Origin: Halomicronema hongdechloris C2206
Lineage (GTDB): Bacteria > Cyanobacteriota > Cyanobacteriia > Phormidesmidales > Phormidesmidaceae
Length of the DNA: 32,000 nt
Assembly: GCF_002075285.3 (NCBI RefSeq)
Contig: NZ_CP021983.2
Coordinates: 5,490,001 to 5,522,000, forward strand
Direction: 5' to 3'
Part shown: positions 24,365-32,000 of the stretch, piece after piece
Position numbering within the stretch: position 1 is the first letter of the stretch
Layout of the letters: each line of letters opens with the position of its first letter
The notes under the pieces: generated by a model
Told to the model about the DNA's origin: nothing
Databases searched by the model: none
Seen by the model: only the letters and a program-made list of their open reading frames with translations
Program-made: the position numbers and the translations under genes

Positions 24365-25844
24365 GAATGGCACTGACATAAGAGAGCAAAAAAGGCTTCA
24401 AGCGCTTGATCTGTAAGAATCAAAGCGTCGAAGCCCATAACCATGTCTCTATGATGCCGAATCGTGCAGCAGTCCTCAAGGAGCAATACCAGAACAGCAT
24501 CGGTCTACCGTTTAGCGATGTGCTGCCGGAAGCAGAGATTCAGGCGGTGCTGGAGGCCCAGGGAGTCACTTATCGCCAAGTGCTTTACACCCCGATAGTG
24601 GTGCTGTGGAGTTGGCTGTCGCAAGTTCTCGATTCGGACAGCAGTTTGAGCCATGCTGTCAAGCGCGTGACGACCTGGATGCGGGTGGCTGGATTGAGCG
24701 TGCCGTCGGCGGATACGGGCGCCTACAGCAAAGCCCGCAAACGCTGGCCCGAATCGATTTTTCCACCGCTTGTAAAGCGCGTCGCCACGGCTTTACAGGC
24801 GCAGGTATCCCCAGCTCAGCGGTGGTGCGGTCGGGTCGTGAGGGCGTTTGATGCGACGACGATTTTGATGAGCGATACCGAAGTGAATCAACGGGCGTAT
24901 CCCCAGCACAGTAATCAAAAGAGCGGCTGTGGCTTTCCCCTCCTGAAGCTGCAAGTGTGGTTTTGTGTGACCACAGGAGCGGTATTGGAAGTCGCAATGG
25001 CTCCCTTTCGGGTCAGTGAATGGCGCTTAGCCCGTCACCTCTATCAGACGTTGTGCCCAGAGGATGTGGTGGTGGCCGATTCGGCTTACGGCACCTATGT
25101 CGATTTGGCTGGAGTCACCGCGATGGGAGCCGATGCCGTCTTTCGCAAGCATCATCAACGCCGTTGTGATTTCAGGCGCGGCAAAAAGCTAGGCATTGGC
25201 GACCACATCGTCCGGTGGCAGCGCCCGAAAAAATGTCCTCATGCCCTTTCACCGGAGGAGTTTGAGGCGTTGCCCGAGGCGCTTGAGGTGCGCGAAGTCT
25301 ATCTCTCGATTCAAGTCCCTGGGTTTCGCCCGAGCAACTTTGTGGTAGTGACCACCTTGATAGACCCCAAACGCTATCCTAGAGCCAAATTGGCCCAACT
25401 CTATCAGTTGCGTTGGCAAGCCGCTGAAGTCAATCTCAGACATCTCAAAACCACCTTAGCCATGGAGATGATTGCCGCCAAAACCCCTACCATGGTGACT
25501 AAAAGTATTTGGGTGCATTTGTTGGCCTACAATCTGCTGCGAACGCTGATGTGGGAAGCCGGCGCCGATGCCGAGGTCGGGGCTTTGCGGCTCTCCCTAC
25601 AGGGCACGCGGCAACAATTCAATCATTTCCGACCCGAGTTGCTGCATCTCTCGCCATCTGCGCGACCGCAAGGCTACCAAGCCTTGTTAAACGCTGTGCG
25701 GGAGTTGATTATCCCTTTTCGACCGCACCGCTCAGAACCCCGAGTGGTCAAACGTCGCCCCAAACCGTTCCCCAGAATGCAAGAACCGCGCTCGGTTGCG
25801 AAAGCTAAACTAGTTGCTTGATACGGCTTATGTCAGTGCCATTC
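24365..25844 (+). mobile_element. IS4-family insertion sequence (copy 2), 1480 bp, with perfect 18-bp terminal inverted repeats and a 9-bp target duplication
   Basis: GAATGGCACTGACATAAG at 24365-24382 equals the reverse complement of 25827-25844. ACTAGAGTT lies at 24356-24364 and 25846-25854. One extra T at 25845 leaves the exact end ambiguous by 1 nt. Confidence 0.85.
24451..25821 (+). CDS. IS4-family DDE transposase
   Basis: 456 aa from ATG 24451. DDE contexts are VRAFDATTI, VVADSAYG, and YQLRWQAAEVNLRHLK (a Y-x2-R-x3-E-x6-K signature). Confidence 0.85.
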   Translation: MMPNRAAVLKEQYQNSIGLPFSDVLPEAEIQAVLEAQGVTYRQVLYTPIVVLWSWLSQVLDSDSSLSHAVKRVTTWMRVAGLSVPSADTGAYSKARKRWPESIFPPLVKRVATALQAQVSPAQRWCGRVVRAFDATTILMSDTEVNQRAYPQHSNQKSGCGFPLLKLQVWFCVTTGAVLEVAMAPFRVSEWRLARHLYQTLCPEDVVVADSAYGTYVDLAGVTAMGADAVFRKHHQRRCDFRRGKKLGIGDHIVRWQRPKKCPHALSPEEFEALPEALEVREVYLSIQVPGFRPSNFVVVTTLIDPKRYPRAKLAQLYQLRWQAAEVNLRHLKTTLAMEMIAAKTPTMVTKSIWVHLLAYNLLRTLMWEAGADAEVGALRLSLQGTRQQFNHFRPELLHLSPSARPQGYQALLNAVRELIIPFRPHRSEPRVVKRRPKPFPRMQEPRSVAKAKLVA

Positions 25845-25882
25845 TACTAGAGTTGAATGACAATAGCTCAAAGGAGGTTTCT

Positions 25883-26246
25883 ATGGACGCAATCACGACT
25901 AAGCAGGCAGAACAAGACCTCGACGGACTCATTGAACGAGTTATTGCTGACGTACAGCCCACCATTCTCTGTAACGACAAGGGCGATCGCGTCGTTGTCA
26001 TGCCGCTTGATGAATTCAACGCCTGGTAATACCAATTTTGTATGAAGCGCACGTCTTCACAATTCCTGAAAGCCTTGACACTTAAGAGTTTCAGTCAGCC
26101 AATAGTTGCAGCCTCAAATGTAATTGGTATAAGAAACGCTCTACCTCCTCTCCAATCCCGCTAATGCTGCCCACCTGATGGGCTCCATACAAGACGCTAA
26201 AGCCGGAAACGTTACCGAGCAGGAACTAACCTTAGACACCGACTAA
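25883..26246 (+). pseudogene. Phd/YefM-family antitoxin gene interrupted by a ~100-bp MITE-like element
   Basis: The 5' half is MDAITTKQAEQDLDGLIERVIADVQPTILCNDKGDRVVVMPLDEFNAW* (25883-26029). The 3' half, in another frame, is ETLYLLSNPANAAHLMGSIQDAKAGNVTEQELTLDTD* (26133-26246). Together they form a canonical YefM (..W-Q-ETLYLLSNP..). No cognate toxin ORF follows. Confidence 0.7.
26029..26130. mobile_element. MITE-like element of about 100 bp
   Basis: ATACCAATT (26029-26037) is the reverse complement of AATTGGTAT (26122-26130). The extended imperfect inverted repeats (about 20 nt) match at about 14 positions. TAA flanks both sides (26027-26029 / 26130-26132, depending on the boundary choice). 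Confidence 0.55.
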
Positions 26247-26287
26247 ACTAAGAAGTACACCAACTTCAGAGCAGGTGAATTGCGATA

Positions 26288-26365
26288 ATGTCAGCGCTGA
26301 TTTTTCAAGTCAATGCATTCTGGGATGCGGATGCAGCGGTCTGGGTTGCAACTAGCGAAAAATGA
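26288..26365 (+). pseudogene. 25-codon N-terminal fragment of a DUF1902 / HicB-like antitoxin
   Basis: MSALIFQVNAFWDADAAVWVATSEK* matches the start of DUF1902 proteins (..AxWDxEAxVWVATSxDVPGL..) and stops where the homology should continue. Confidence 0.4.
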
Positions 26366-26528
26366 AGCTATCCAATGTTTCTCAGCCAATTTCCAAGTCA
26401 AACGCAACAAGTCTTACCGCGATCGCTATCAGCTTATCGGTGTAACCTTTGGTAGACGTAGGCTTAAGATCATCTTTCAGCTCAAGGAGCATAACATCGT
26501 TCGTATTATCACTGGATGGCCATTATGA
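26356..26528 (+). pseudogene. 3' fragment of a BrnT-like (DUF497-type) toxin gene
   Basis: ...NEAIQCFSANFQVKRNKSYRDRYQLIGVTFGRRRLKIIFQLKEHNIVRIITGWPL* resembles the C-terminal two thirds of BrnT-type toxins. The N-terminal FEWDxxK part is missing. It abuts the DUF1902 fragment. Confidence 0.4.
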
Positions 26529-26842
26529 GTATCAGCCCCAACCCCCATCACGCACTATCTGAAGCAGAGATTGATCGCATCGTTGAGCAACAAGCTGATG
26601 ACGAGACCGCCTGGGAAGAGTCCATTGCAGTGAATCGACAGCCTGCCTTTTTAGTCTTACCAGAGGACGTCGCTGAAAAAGCCTCATTTTTTGCTAGTTT
26701 GTACCACGCAGACAGTGTAGAGTCCTGGCTTGTTCAAATTATTCAGCAAAGGATCGCGCTAGAAGAAAGCGCTTTCAACAAAATTGAAGCTGACCAACGA
26801 AACGGGATGAAGGCTTCATACAGTAAAGGAAAGAACCAATGA
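26516..26842 (+). CDS. putative antitoxin partner of the BrnT-like fragment (family not recognised with confidence)
   Basis: 108-aa ORF overlapping the preceding stop (ATG 26525 gives an ATGA overlap). ...LSEAEIDRIVEQQADDETAWEESIAVNRQPAFLVLPEDVAEKASFFASLYHADSVESWLVQIIQQRIALEESAF. Confidence 0.45.
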   Translation: MAIMSISPNPHHALSEAEIDRIVEQQADDETAWEESIAVNRQPAFLVLPEDVAEKASFFASLYHADSVESWLVQIIQQRIALEESAFNKIEADQRNGMKASYSKGKNQ

Positions 26843-27144
26843 CGACTGCATCAACCAACATCGGCACACTGGTCACACGCACACCCGGCCTCCATGGCGG
26901 GAGTCCCCATATTTCAGGTAAAGGTATTACCGTGCGTCGCGTTGTTACTTGGTACAAGCGGGGTTTAAATGCAGAGGAAATCTGCGATCGCATCGGCAAT
27001 CTGACCCTCGCAGAAGTGTATGCGGCTCTTACTTACTACCACGCCAACAAAACCGAGATAGAAACTGATTTGGCGATGCAAGCTGCCGAAGCCAAGCGTT
27101 TAGAGTCGCTTCATGGTGGAAATCAGCCAGCTAGCCATGAGTGA
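26839..27144 (+). CDS. DUF433 domain protein (antitoxin-like partner of DUF5615)
   Basis: ...PGLHGGSPHISGKGITVRRVVTWYKRGLNAEEICDRIGNLTLAEVYAALTYYHANKTEIE. ATGA overlap with the upstream gene. Confidence 0.75.
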   Translation: MTTASTNIGTLVTRTPGLHGGSPHISGKGITVRRVVTWYKRGLNAEEICDRIGNLTLAEVYAALTYYHANKTEIETDLAMQAAEAKRLESLHGGNQPASHE

Positions 27145-27343
27145 AATTCGGCTATACATTGACGAAGACTCCATGGACCAAGCCTTAATTAGTGCCCTAA
27201 AAGCCAGAAATGTAGACGTGATCACGGTTCTGGATACTCAAACCGAAGGTTAGCTTGACGCAGAGCAACTTACATTAGCAACCTCTCAAAAACGAGTACT
27301 GTACAGCCATAATGAGGAGGTGATTGTGAAATGGCAGACGTAG
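27137..27343 (+). pseudogene. DUF5615 (PIN-like) gene with an in-frame TAG and 3' truncation
   Basis: MSEIRLYIDEDSMDQALISALKARNVDVITVLDTQTEG*LDAEQLTLATSQKRVLYSHN.. follows the DUF5615 pattern. TAG at 27251-27253. Homology ends near 27312, about half the normal length. It overlaps the DUF433 stop by 8 nt. Confidence 0.65.
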
Positions 27344-27353
27344 AGAACTACCG

Positions 27354-27512
27354 TCAACTCGTCCAATCCCCGAAACACTCCACCAAGTAAACTTCACCTT
27401 GATTCAGCACCTCCACAATCGAGCCCAGCGTTGCGGCAGGCGCATGAACGCGATCGCCTAAATCGATATCCTCCTTCAGCCGAACCGTGTCATGATCTTG
27501 CCCCCGACTCAA
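27354..27512 (-). CDS. possible small DUF4926-like protein (TTG start)
   Basis: SRGQDHDTVRLKEDIDLGDRVHAPAATLGSIVEVLNQGEVYLVECFGDWTS loosely follows DUF4926 (..D.V.L..D......G..G.IVEV...GE.Y.VEF). There is no ATG, so support is weak. Confidence 0.3.
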   Translation of the reverse strand: MSRGQDHDTVRLKEDIDLGDRVHAPAATLGSIVEVLNQGEVYLVECFGDWTS

Positions 27513-27712
27513 TCGTCCCCCTAAAAACAATGCAGCCGCTATCTGTGAAGATACGACTGCACGCGGTAAATAGACTAGAGCTAAGCCAGGCACACCTATC
27601 GCGAGCTGAGGACAGGGCTGAGCACTCAAGTGTCCAGTCTAGGAAGGCTAACTGGTTTGCCACCGCTGTGGGGTGACGATACTGCCATAGCTGCACCTAT
27701 GCCGAACTCAGG

Positions 27713-27997
27713 TTATTTATTGGGATCGCCGCTGAAGGGCTGCACCCCAGTCGGGGGATAGTCGTCATGGTTGGGCCCAAACAGTTCTAGAACAGCATCC
27801 ACCAGGTCGCCAAAGAAACCTCGCTTCTCTTGGATGGCTGGAATCGCCTGCTTCAGATGATCGGATGAGAACTCATAGCCATGCTGCTGGGCCAAGTTCA
27901 CCAGCTCGTTAGGATGATCGGCATCCTGTAGCCGTTGTTTTAGTTGCTGATCTTCAGCGGCTTTCGACAGAAAATCAAGGGCCTTCTCTTTGGACAT
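27713..27997 (-). CDS. Nif11-like domain protein, 94 aa
   Basis: MSKEKALDFLSKAAEDQQLKQRLQDADHPNELVNLAQQHGYEFSSDHLKQA matches the Nif11 N-terminal domain. The C-terminal 40 aa have no Cys and no GG motif. Confidence 0.7.
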   Translation of the reverse strand: MSKEKALDFLSKAAEDQQLKQRLQDADHPNELVNLAQQHGYEFSSDHLKQAIPAIQEKRGFFGDLVDAVLELFGPNHDDYPPTGVQPFSGDPNK

Positions 27998-28114
27998 GGG
28001 TGATCCCTCTGCAAACTCCTTTAATTTTAGTGTCTACGGCCATGGCCCTGGTCGGCTGCGGTCAGCAACAGGCCGTAGTAAATCTTGAGAAGCCGCAATG
28101 GGAAGGGTATCGTG

Positions 28115-28867
28115 CTATACCGCCAGGAAAGTTTGAATCACCTCGTTGCTGAGGTCTTCGGTGGGCCCTGACGCGACAATGCCGCCCTTCTGCATGGCGT
28201 AGTAGTAATCGGCCTGGCGCACGAAGTGGAGATGCTGTTCCACCAGCAAGACGGAAATGCCAGTGGTTTCAATGATGCGGCGCACGGCGGCCTCAATATC
28301 CAAAATGATCGACGGCTGGATCCCCTCGGTGGGTTCATCTAACAACAGTAATTGGGGTTGGCCCATCATGGCCCGTGCGATCGCAAGTTGCTGCTGCTGG
28401 CCGCCGCTGAGGTCGCCTCCCATGCGGTTCAGCATGGTTTTCAACACCGGGAATAGTGCGTAGATTTCCTCAGCCACTTCTTGGGACCGCTGACCTCGTG
28501 TTCCCAGTGCCTCCTGGCCGATGAGCAGATTTTCCTTCACCGTCAGCCGGGGAATAATTTCCCGCCCCTGGGGGACGTAGCCAATGCCCAGACGCGCCCG
28601 CCGATCCGGAGAGAGCGACACGATGGACTGTCCTTGAAAATAAATATCCCCGCGGCGGGGGCGCAACAGCCCCATGATGTTCTGCAGCAGCGTCGTCTTA
28701 CCGACCCCATTGCGGCCAATCAGGCACACCATTTGCCCCTTGGGCACGGTGAGGTCCACATCCCGGAGGATATGGCTTTCGCCATAGTAGAAATTCAACC
28801 CTGAGATGTGCAGCATAGGAGCCGTCAACGGATCCTGGGGCATCGTCGCCGGGGCGCTATGGATCAT
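28115..28867 (-). CDS. urtE: urea ABC transporter ATP-binding subunit UrtE
   Basis: Walker A GRNGVGKTT, signature LSGGQQQQLAIARA, Walker B LLLLDEP. It follows urtD with an ATGA overlap. Alternative start MLHISGL at 28816. Confidence 0.9.
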   Translation of the reverse strand: MIHSAPATMPQDPLTAPMLHISGLNFYYGESHILRDVDLTVPKGQMVCLIGRNGVGKTTLLQNIMGLLRPRRGDIYFQGQSIVSLSPDRRARLGIGYVPQGREIIPRLTVKENLLIGQEALGTRGQRSQEVAEEIYALFPVLKTMLNRMGGDLSGGQQQQLAIARAMMGQPQLLLLDEPTEGIQPSIILDIEAAVRRIIETTGISVLLVEQHLHFVRQADYYYAMQKGGIVASGPTEDLSNEVIQTFLAV

Positions 28868-29610
28868 GCCTCCACCTCCTGACCTAAATACACCTCAATC
28901 ACGCGGGGGTCACTCTGCACCTGATCCATGGTGCCCTCACACAACACCGAGCCCTGGTGCAACACGGTCACCTGGCGAGCAATCTGGCGCACAAACTCCA
29001 TGTCGTGCTCAATCACGATCACCGAATGACTCTCAGCTAGGGCCACCAGCAATTCACCGGTTTTCTCGGTTTCTTCGTCCGTCAGCCCCGCCACCGGCTC
29101 ATCCACCAACAACAAATCTGGGGACTGGGCTACCAACATGCCGATCTCCAGCCATTGCTTCTCGCCATGGGAGAGCAAGGCTGCCGGGACATCGGCCTTA
29201 TAGTCGAGGCCAATGGTCTCCAACAGGCTACTCACTTGGCGCTTTTCCGCCGTGGCAGCCTGGCCAAGTAGGGTACTAAAGACACTCTTAGCCCGGTTGC
29301 CAGAGAGTTCTAGATTTTCCCGCGGCGTCAGATTCAGGTAGATTCGAGGGGTTTGAAACTTGCGGCCAATGCCGAGTCGGGCAATCTCGTGTTCTTTATA
29401 TTTTTTTAGATCCTTGCCCTTGAAATAGGCCGTGCCCGTGGTGGGGTTGACCTTGCCCGTGATCACATCGAGGAAGGTAGTCTTGCCGGCACCGTTGGGG
29501 CCAATAATCACCCGCAATTCTCCCTCTTCCATACGAAAGTTGAGATCATTAAGGGCTTTGAAGCCATCGAAGCTGACCGTCAAGGCCTGAATATCCAGCA
29601 GGGTACTCAT
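28864..29610 (-). CDS. urtD: urea ABC transporter ATP-binding protein UrtD
   Basis: From ATG 29610: MSTLLDIQALTVSFDGFKALNDLNFRMEEGELRVIIGPNGAGKTTFLDVITGK...LSHGEKQWLEIGM...LLLVDEP. ATGA overlap with the urtC stop. The 70-codon upstream extension in the track is rejected. Confidence 0.9.
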   Translation of the reverse strand: MSTLLDIQALTVSFDGFKALNDLNFRMEEGELRVIIGPNGAGKTTFLDVITGKVNPTTGTAYFKGKDLKKYKEHEIARLGIGRKFQTPRIYLNLTPRENLELSGNRAKSVFSTLLGQAATAEKRQVSSLLETIGLDYKADVPAALLSHGEKQWLEIGMLVAQSPDLLLVDEPVAGLTDEETEKTGELLVALAESHSVIVIEHDMEFVRQIARQVTVLHQGSVLCEGTMDQVQSDPRVIEVYLGQEVEA

Positions 29611-30803
29611 GGTTGACCTTCCTTCAGGGTTTGGGGCTCTGTCAGGGGATTGGTCGACGACTCTTCTGCTGCCATGGCCTCTTGGGCCAGCAGAGTCGGT
29701 GAGGTCAGCCCCAGCCAGCGCTGCACTTGCAGGCCGAACTGACGTCGTAGCCAGCCAATGATGCCATCGGGTAATACCGTCACGACGATTAAGAACAGGG
29801 CCCCTTGGAAGAACAACCAAACATCGGGAAAGCGTTCACTCAATAGACTGCGGGCCATATTCACCAGCACCGCACCAAAAATGGCCCCGACTAGGGTGGC
29901 CCGACCGCCGACGGCGACCCAGATCACCATCTCGATGGAGAAGGCAATCTCCATCACCTGGGGGGAGATAATCCCCGATTGCACGGTGTAGAGGGCGCCG
30001 GCGATGCCAGAAATGCCACCGGAGACGGCAAACACCAGCACTTTAAAGGCAGCCGGGTTGTACCCCGAAAAGCGGACCCGGTTTTCATCGTCACGAATGG
30101 CCACCAGTAGACGGCCGAAGCGGCCACTGGTGAGCCAGCGGCAGAGTCCATAGACCAGCACCAGGGCCGCCACCGTCACTAGGTAAAAGATGAATTGCAT
30201 GGCAGCGCTGCCCACCTCCCGACCTAAAAACACGCTGGTGTCGGTTTTGAGGCCGTTGGTACCGTTGATCAGCTTCTGCTGACCATTGAAGAAGTTGAAG
30301 AAAACGACCAGGGCCGCCTGGGTCAAAATCGAGAAATACACCCCGCGAATGCGGTTACGGAAGACCAGATAGCCCAAGAGCCCGGCCACAATAGCGGGCA
30401 CTAAGCCTAAGGCGATCAGGGTAAAGGGTAAGGAGTAGAAGGGCTGCCAAAACCAGGGCAGTTGGGTGACCCCATAGAGTCCAAAAAAGTCTGGTAATTG
30501 ACCCTCACCTAGGCTATTGAGCTGCAGGTGCATGGCAAAGGCATAGCCGCCCAGGGCGAAGAAGATGCCATGGCCCAAACTCAGCAGCCCGGTGAAACCC
30601 CAAATTAAATCGATGCCCAGGGCGACGATGGCCAGGGCCAGGAAGCGCCCCAGCAGCCCTAGGCGAAAGCCGGTGAGCAGCAACGGCATCAGTAAGGCCA
30701 GCACCAGAGCGATACTTGCGATCGCACCGAGCTCAATCACCAAGCGACGCTTACGACTGGCACTCACCGAAGGACGCGGTTGCGAAGAGGTGTTTACAGT
30801 CAT
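29607..30803 (-). CDS. urtC: urea ABC transporter permease UrtC
   Basis: 398-aa polytopic branched-chain-type permease, positioned between urtB and urtD. Confidence 0.9.
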   Translation of the reverse strand: MTVNTSSQPRPSVSASRKRRLVIELGAIASIALVLALLMPLLLTGFRLGLLGRFLALAIVALGIDLIWGFTGLLSLGHGIFFALGGYAFAMHLQLNSLGEGQLPDFFGLYGVTQLPWFWQPFYSLPFTLIALGLVPAIVAGLLGYLVFRNRIRGVYFSILTQAALVVFFNFFNGQQKLINGTNGLKTDTSVFLGREVGSAAMQFIFYLVTVAALVLVYGLCRWLTSGRFGRLLVAIRDDENRVRFSGYNPAAFKVLVFAVSGGISGIAGALYTVQSGIISPQVMEIAFSIEMVIWVAVGGRATLVGAIFGAVLVNMARSLLSERFPDVWLFFQGALFLIVVTVLPDGIIGWLRRQFGLQVQRWLGLTSPTLLAQEAMAAEESSTNPLTEPQTLKEGQP

Positions 30804-30809
30804 GCTGAG

Positions 30810-32000
30810 TTATGCCTCCACCGATCGACCTTTCTGAGGGAATAACCCCGCCGGTCGCACCTGTAAAAAGGCAATAATTAGGGCAAACACCATCACCTTA
30901 GCCATGCTGGTCGTGGCAAAAAACGTGAAAAAGTCAGTCACCGGCTGTAGGGCTTCATTCCCCGTCAGCAGCAATGCTACGGTGCCCGACCCCACCAGAT
31001 ACGTGACAATGCCGATCAACAGGGCCGCCACGATACTGCCCACCAACTTACCGACGCCACCGACCACCACCACCATGAAGGCATCGACGATGTAATTGCC
31101 GCCCAAATTGGGGCCGACAGAGCCCAACAACGTCACCGCACAGCCGGCAATCCCAGCCAGCCCAGAGCCCAGGGCAAAGGTAAGGGCGTCTACCTGCTCG
31201 GTAGGAATGCCCAAACAGGCACTCATGGCCCGATTCTGAGTGACAGAACGCATCTTCAAGCCCCAAGTGGTGCCATTGAGAAACCAGTAGACCGCCACCA
31301 AACAGAGAATGGTCAAGGCAATGATGAACAGCCGGGCCGACGGGAACTGCAGCGTGGCTCCCAGAGACACACCTCCCCGCAGCCAAGACGGCGGTGTCAC
31401 ATCCACATTGCGGGTACTAAACCAGGCCCGGGTAAAGGTAGGGTTACCAGCCCCCTGGACTACCAATCCAGCCACCAGGGCAATGGCAGCTGATAGTATT
31501 GACACCACGGGATTGGCCCAACGAGCAATTCGAGCCCAGTCAGTGTAGCGGCTTAAGATCCAACGTCCCACTCCAAATAGCAGGGCAAAGACACCCAGGC
31601 CGATCACCATGGGCCAATTCACGCTGCGCACGAATTGACGCAGAATCAAACTCACACCCCAAGTGGCCAATAGCGTTTCCAGAGGGCGACCGTATAGAAA
31701 GCGAATCACACTGCGCTCTAGCAGCAATCCCACCAAGGCCGCCACTAAGAAGGCCAAGGGCAGCGCCACCAAGATATAACTCTCAACGGCCCAGTCTCCC
31801 AAGCCATTGGCGCCATTTTGGACCACATAGGTGGTGTAAGCCCCCAGCATCATCAGTTCCCCATGGGCTAGATTAATCACCCCCATCAGGCCAAATACAA
31901 TGGCCAGCCCTAGGGCTACAATCAACAGCACTGCACCGATGCTGATGCCATTGAATAGGCCGCCAACCAAGCCCTCTAGCAACACATCATCTACCCATGA
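30810..32000 (-). CDS. urtB: urea ABC transporter permease UrtB (5' end at GTG 31985 or beyond the window)
   Basis: ..LLEGLVGGLFNGISIGAVLLIVALGLAIVFGLMGVINLAHGELMMLGAY.. The frame stays open to position 32000 with no upstream stop, so the start is uncertain. Confidence 0.85.
   Translation of the reverse strand, partial: SWVDDVLLEGLVGGLFNGISIGAVLLIVALGLAIVFGLMGVINLAHGELMMLGAYTTYVVQNGANGLGDWAVESYILVALPLAFLVAALVGLLLERSVIRFLYGRPLETLLATWGVSLILRQFVRSVNWPMVIGLGVFALLFGVGRWILSRYTDWARIARWANPVVSILSAAIALVAGLVVQGAGNPTFTRAWFSTRNVDVTPPSWLRGGVSLGATLQFPSARLFIIALTILCLVAVYWFLNGTTWGLKMRSVTQNRAMSACLGIPTEQVDALTFALGSGLAGIAGCAVTLLGSVGPNLGGNYIVDAFMVVVVGGVGKLVGSIVAALLIGIVTYLVGSGTVALLLTGNEALQPVTDFFTFFATTSMAKVMVFALIIAFLQVRPAGLFPQKGRSVEA

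Noticed and set aside
27490-27696. A 68-aa minus-strand ORF upstream of the DUF4926-like ORF, considered as a DUF6883-type partner (..YRHPTAVANQLAFLDW..).
   Set aside because: Similarity is limited to a few residues and the sequence is Cys/Ser/Leu-rich and atypical. The evidence is insufficient.
28107-28120. GTATCGTGCTATAC, which matches the NtcA consensus GTA-N8-TAC.
   Set aside because: About 8 matches are expected by chance in 32 kb. This one overlaps the urtE stop codon and has no TAN3T box at the canonical ~22-nt spacing. It is kept only as a side note in the Nif11 finding.

Overview
Cyanobacterial chromosomal window: roughly twenty HIP1 octamers (GCGATCGC), plus sufR, ftrC, DUF1830, GUN4-like and urt genes. 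It splits into three parts. (1) 1-14.0 kb holds core genes: sufB (partial), ftrC and divergent sufR, with two SufR-type operators between ftrC and sufR. A minus-strand operon follows (B12-type radical SAM, DICT with degenerate HD-GYP, pentapeptide repeat). Then come a 775-bp gene-free gap, DUF1830, and a minus-strand protease neighbourhood. That neighbourhood holds a secreted TPR-CHAT protein, a membrane-anchored S8 subtilase, an ATGA-coupled 75-aa protein and a 4-TM protein. (2) About 14.1-27.7 kb is an accessory, defence-type island in which almost every cargo gene is broken. It holds three Uma2 remnants, two C-terminal fragments of a methyltransferase family I recall as Dnd-associated, and a truncated STAND/NACHT-like N-terminus. 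It also holds a KAP NTPase::GUN4 fusion split by an 87-bp MITE, a phd/yefM antitoxin split by a second MITE, and decayed toxin-antitoxin pieces. The mobile elements, in contrast, look intact: two IS4-family elements, one ISL3 element with a perfect 8-bp target duplication, and a REP-flanked RAYT. (3) 27.7-32 kb holds a Nif11-like gene and urtB-C-D-E. I found no rRNA, tRNA or CRISPR array. Family names come from my own recognition of the translated sequences; no database search was run. Several frameshifts could be assembly errors.
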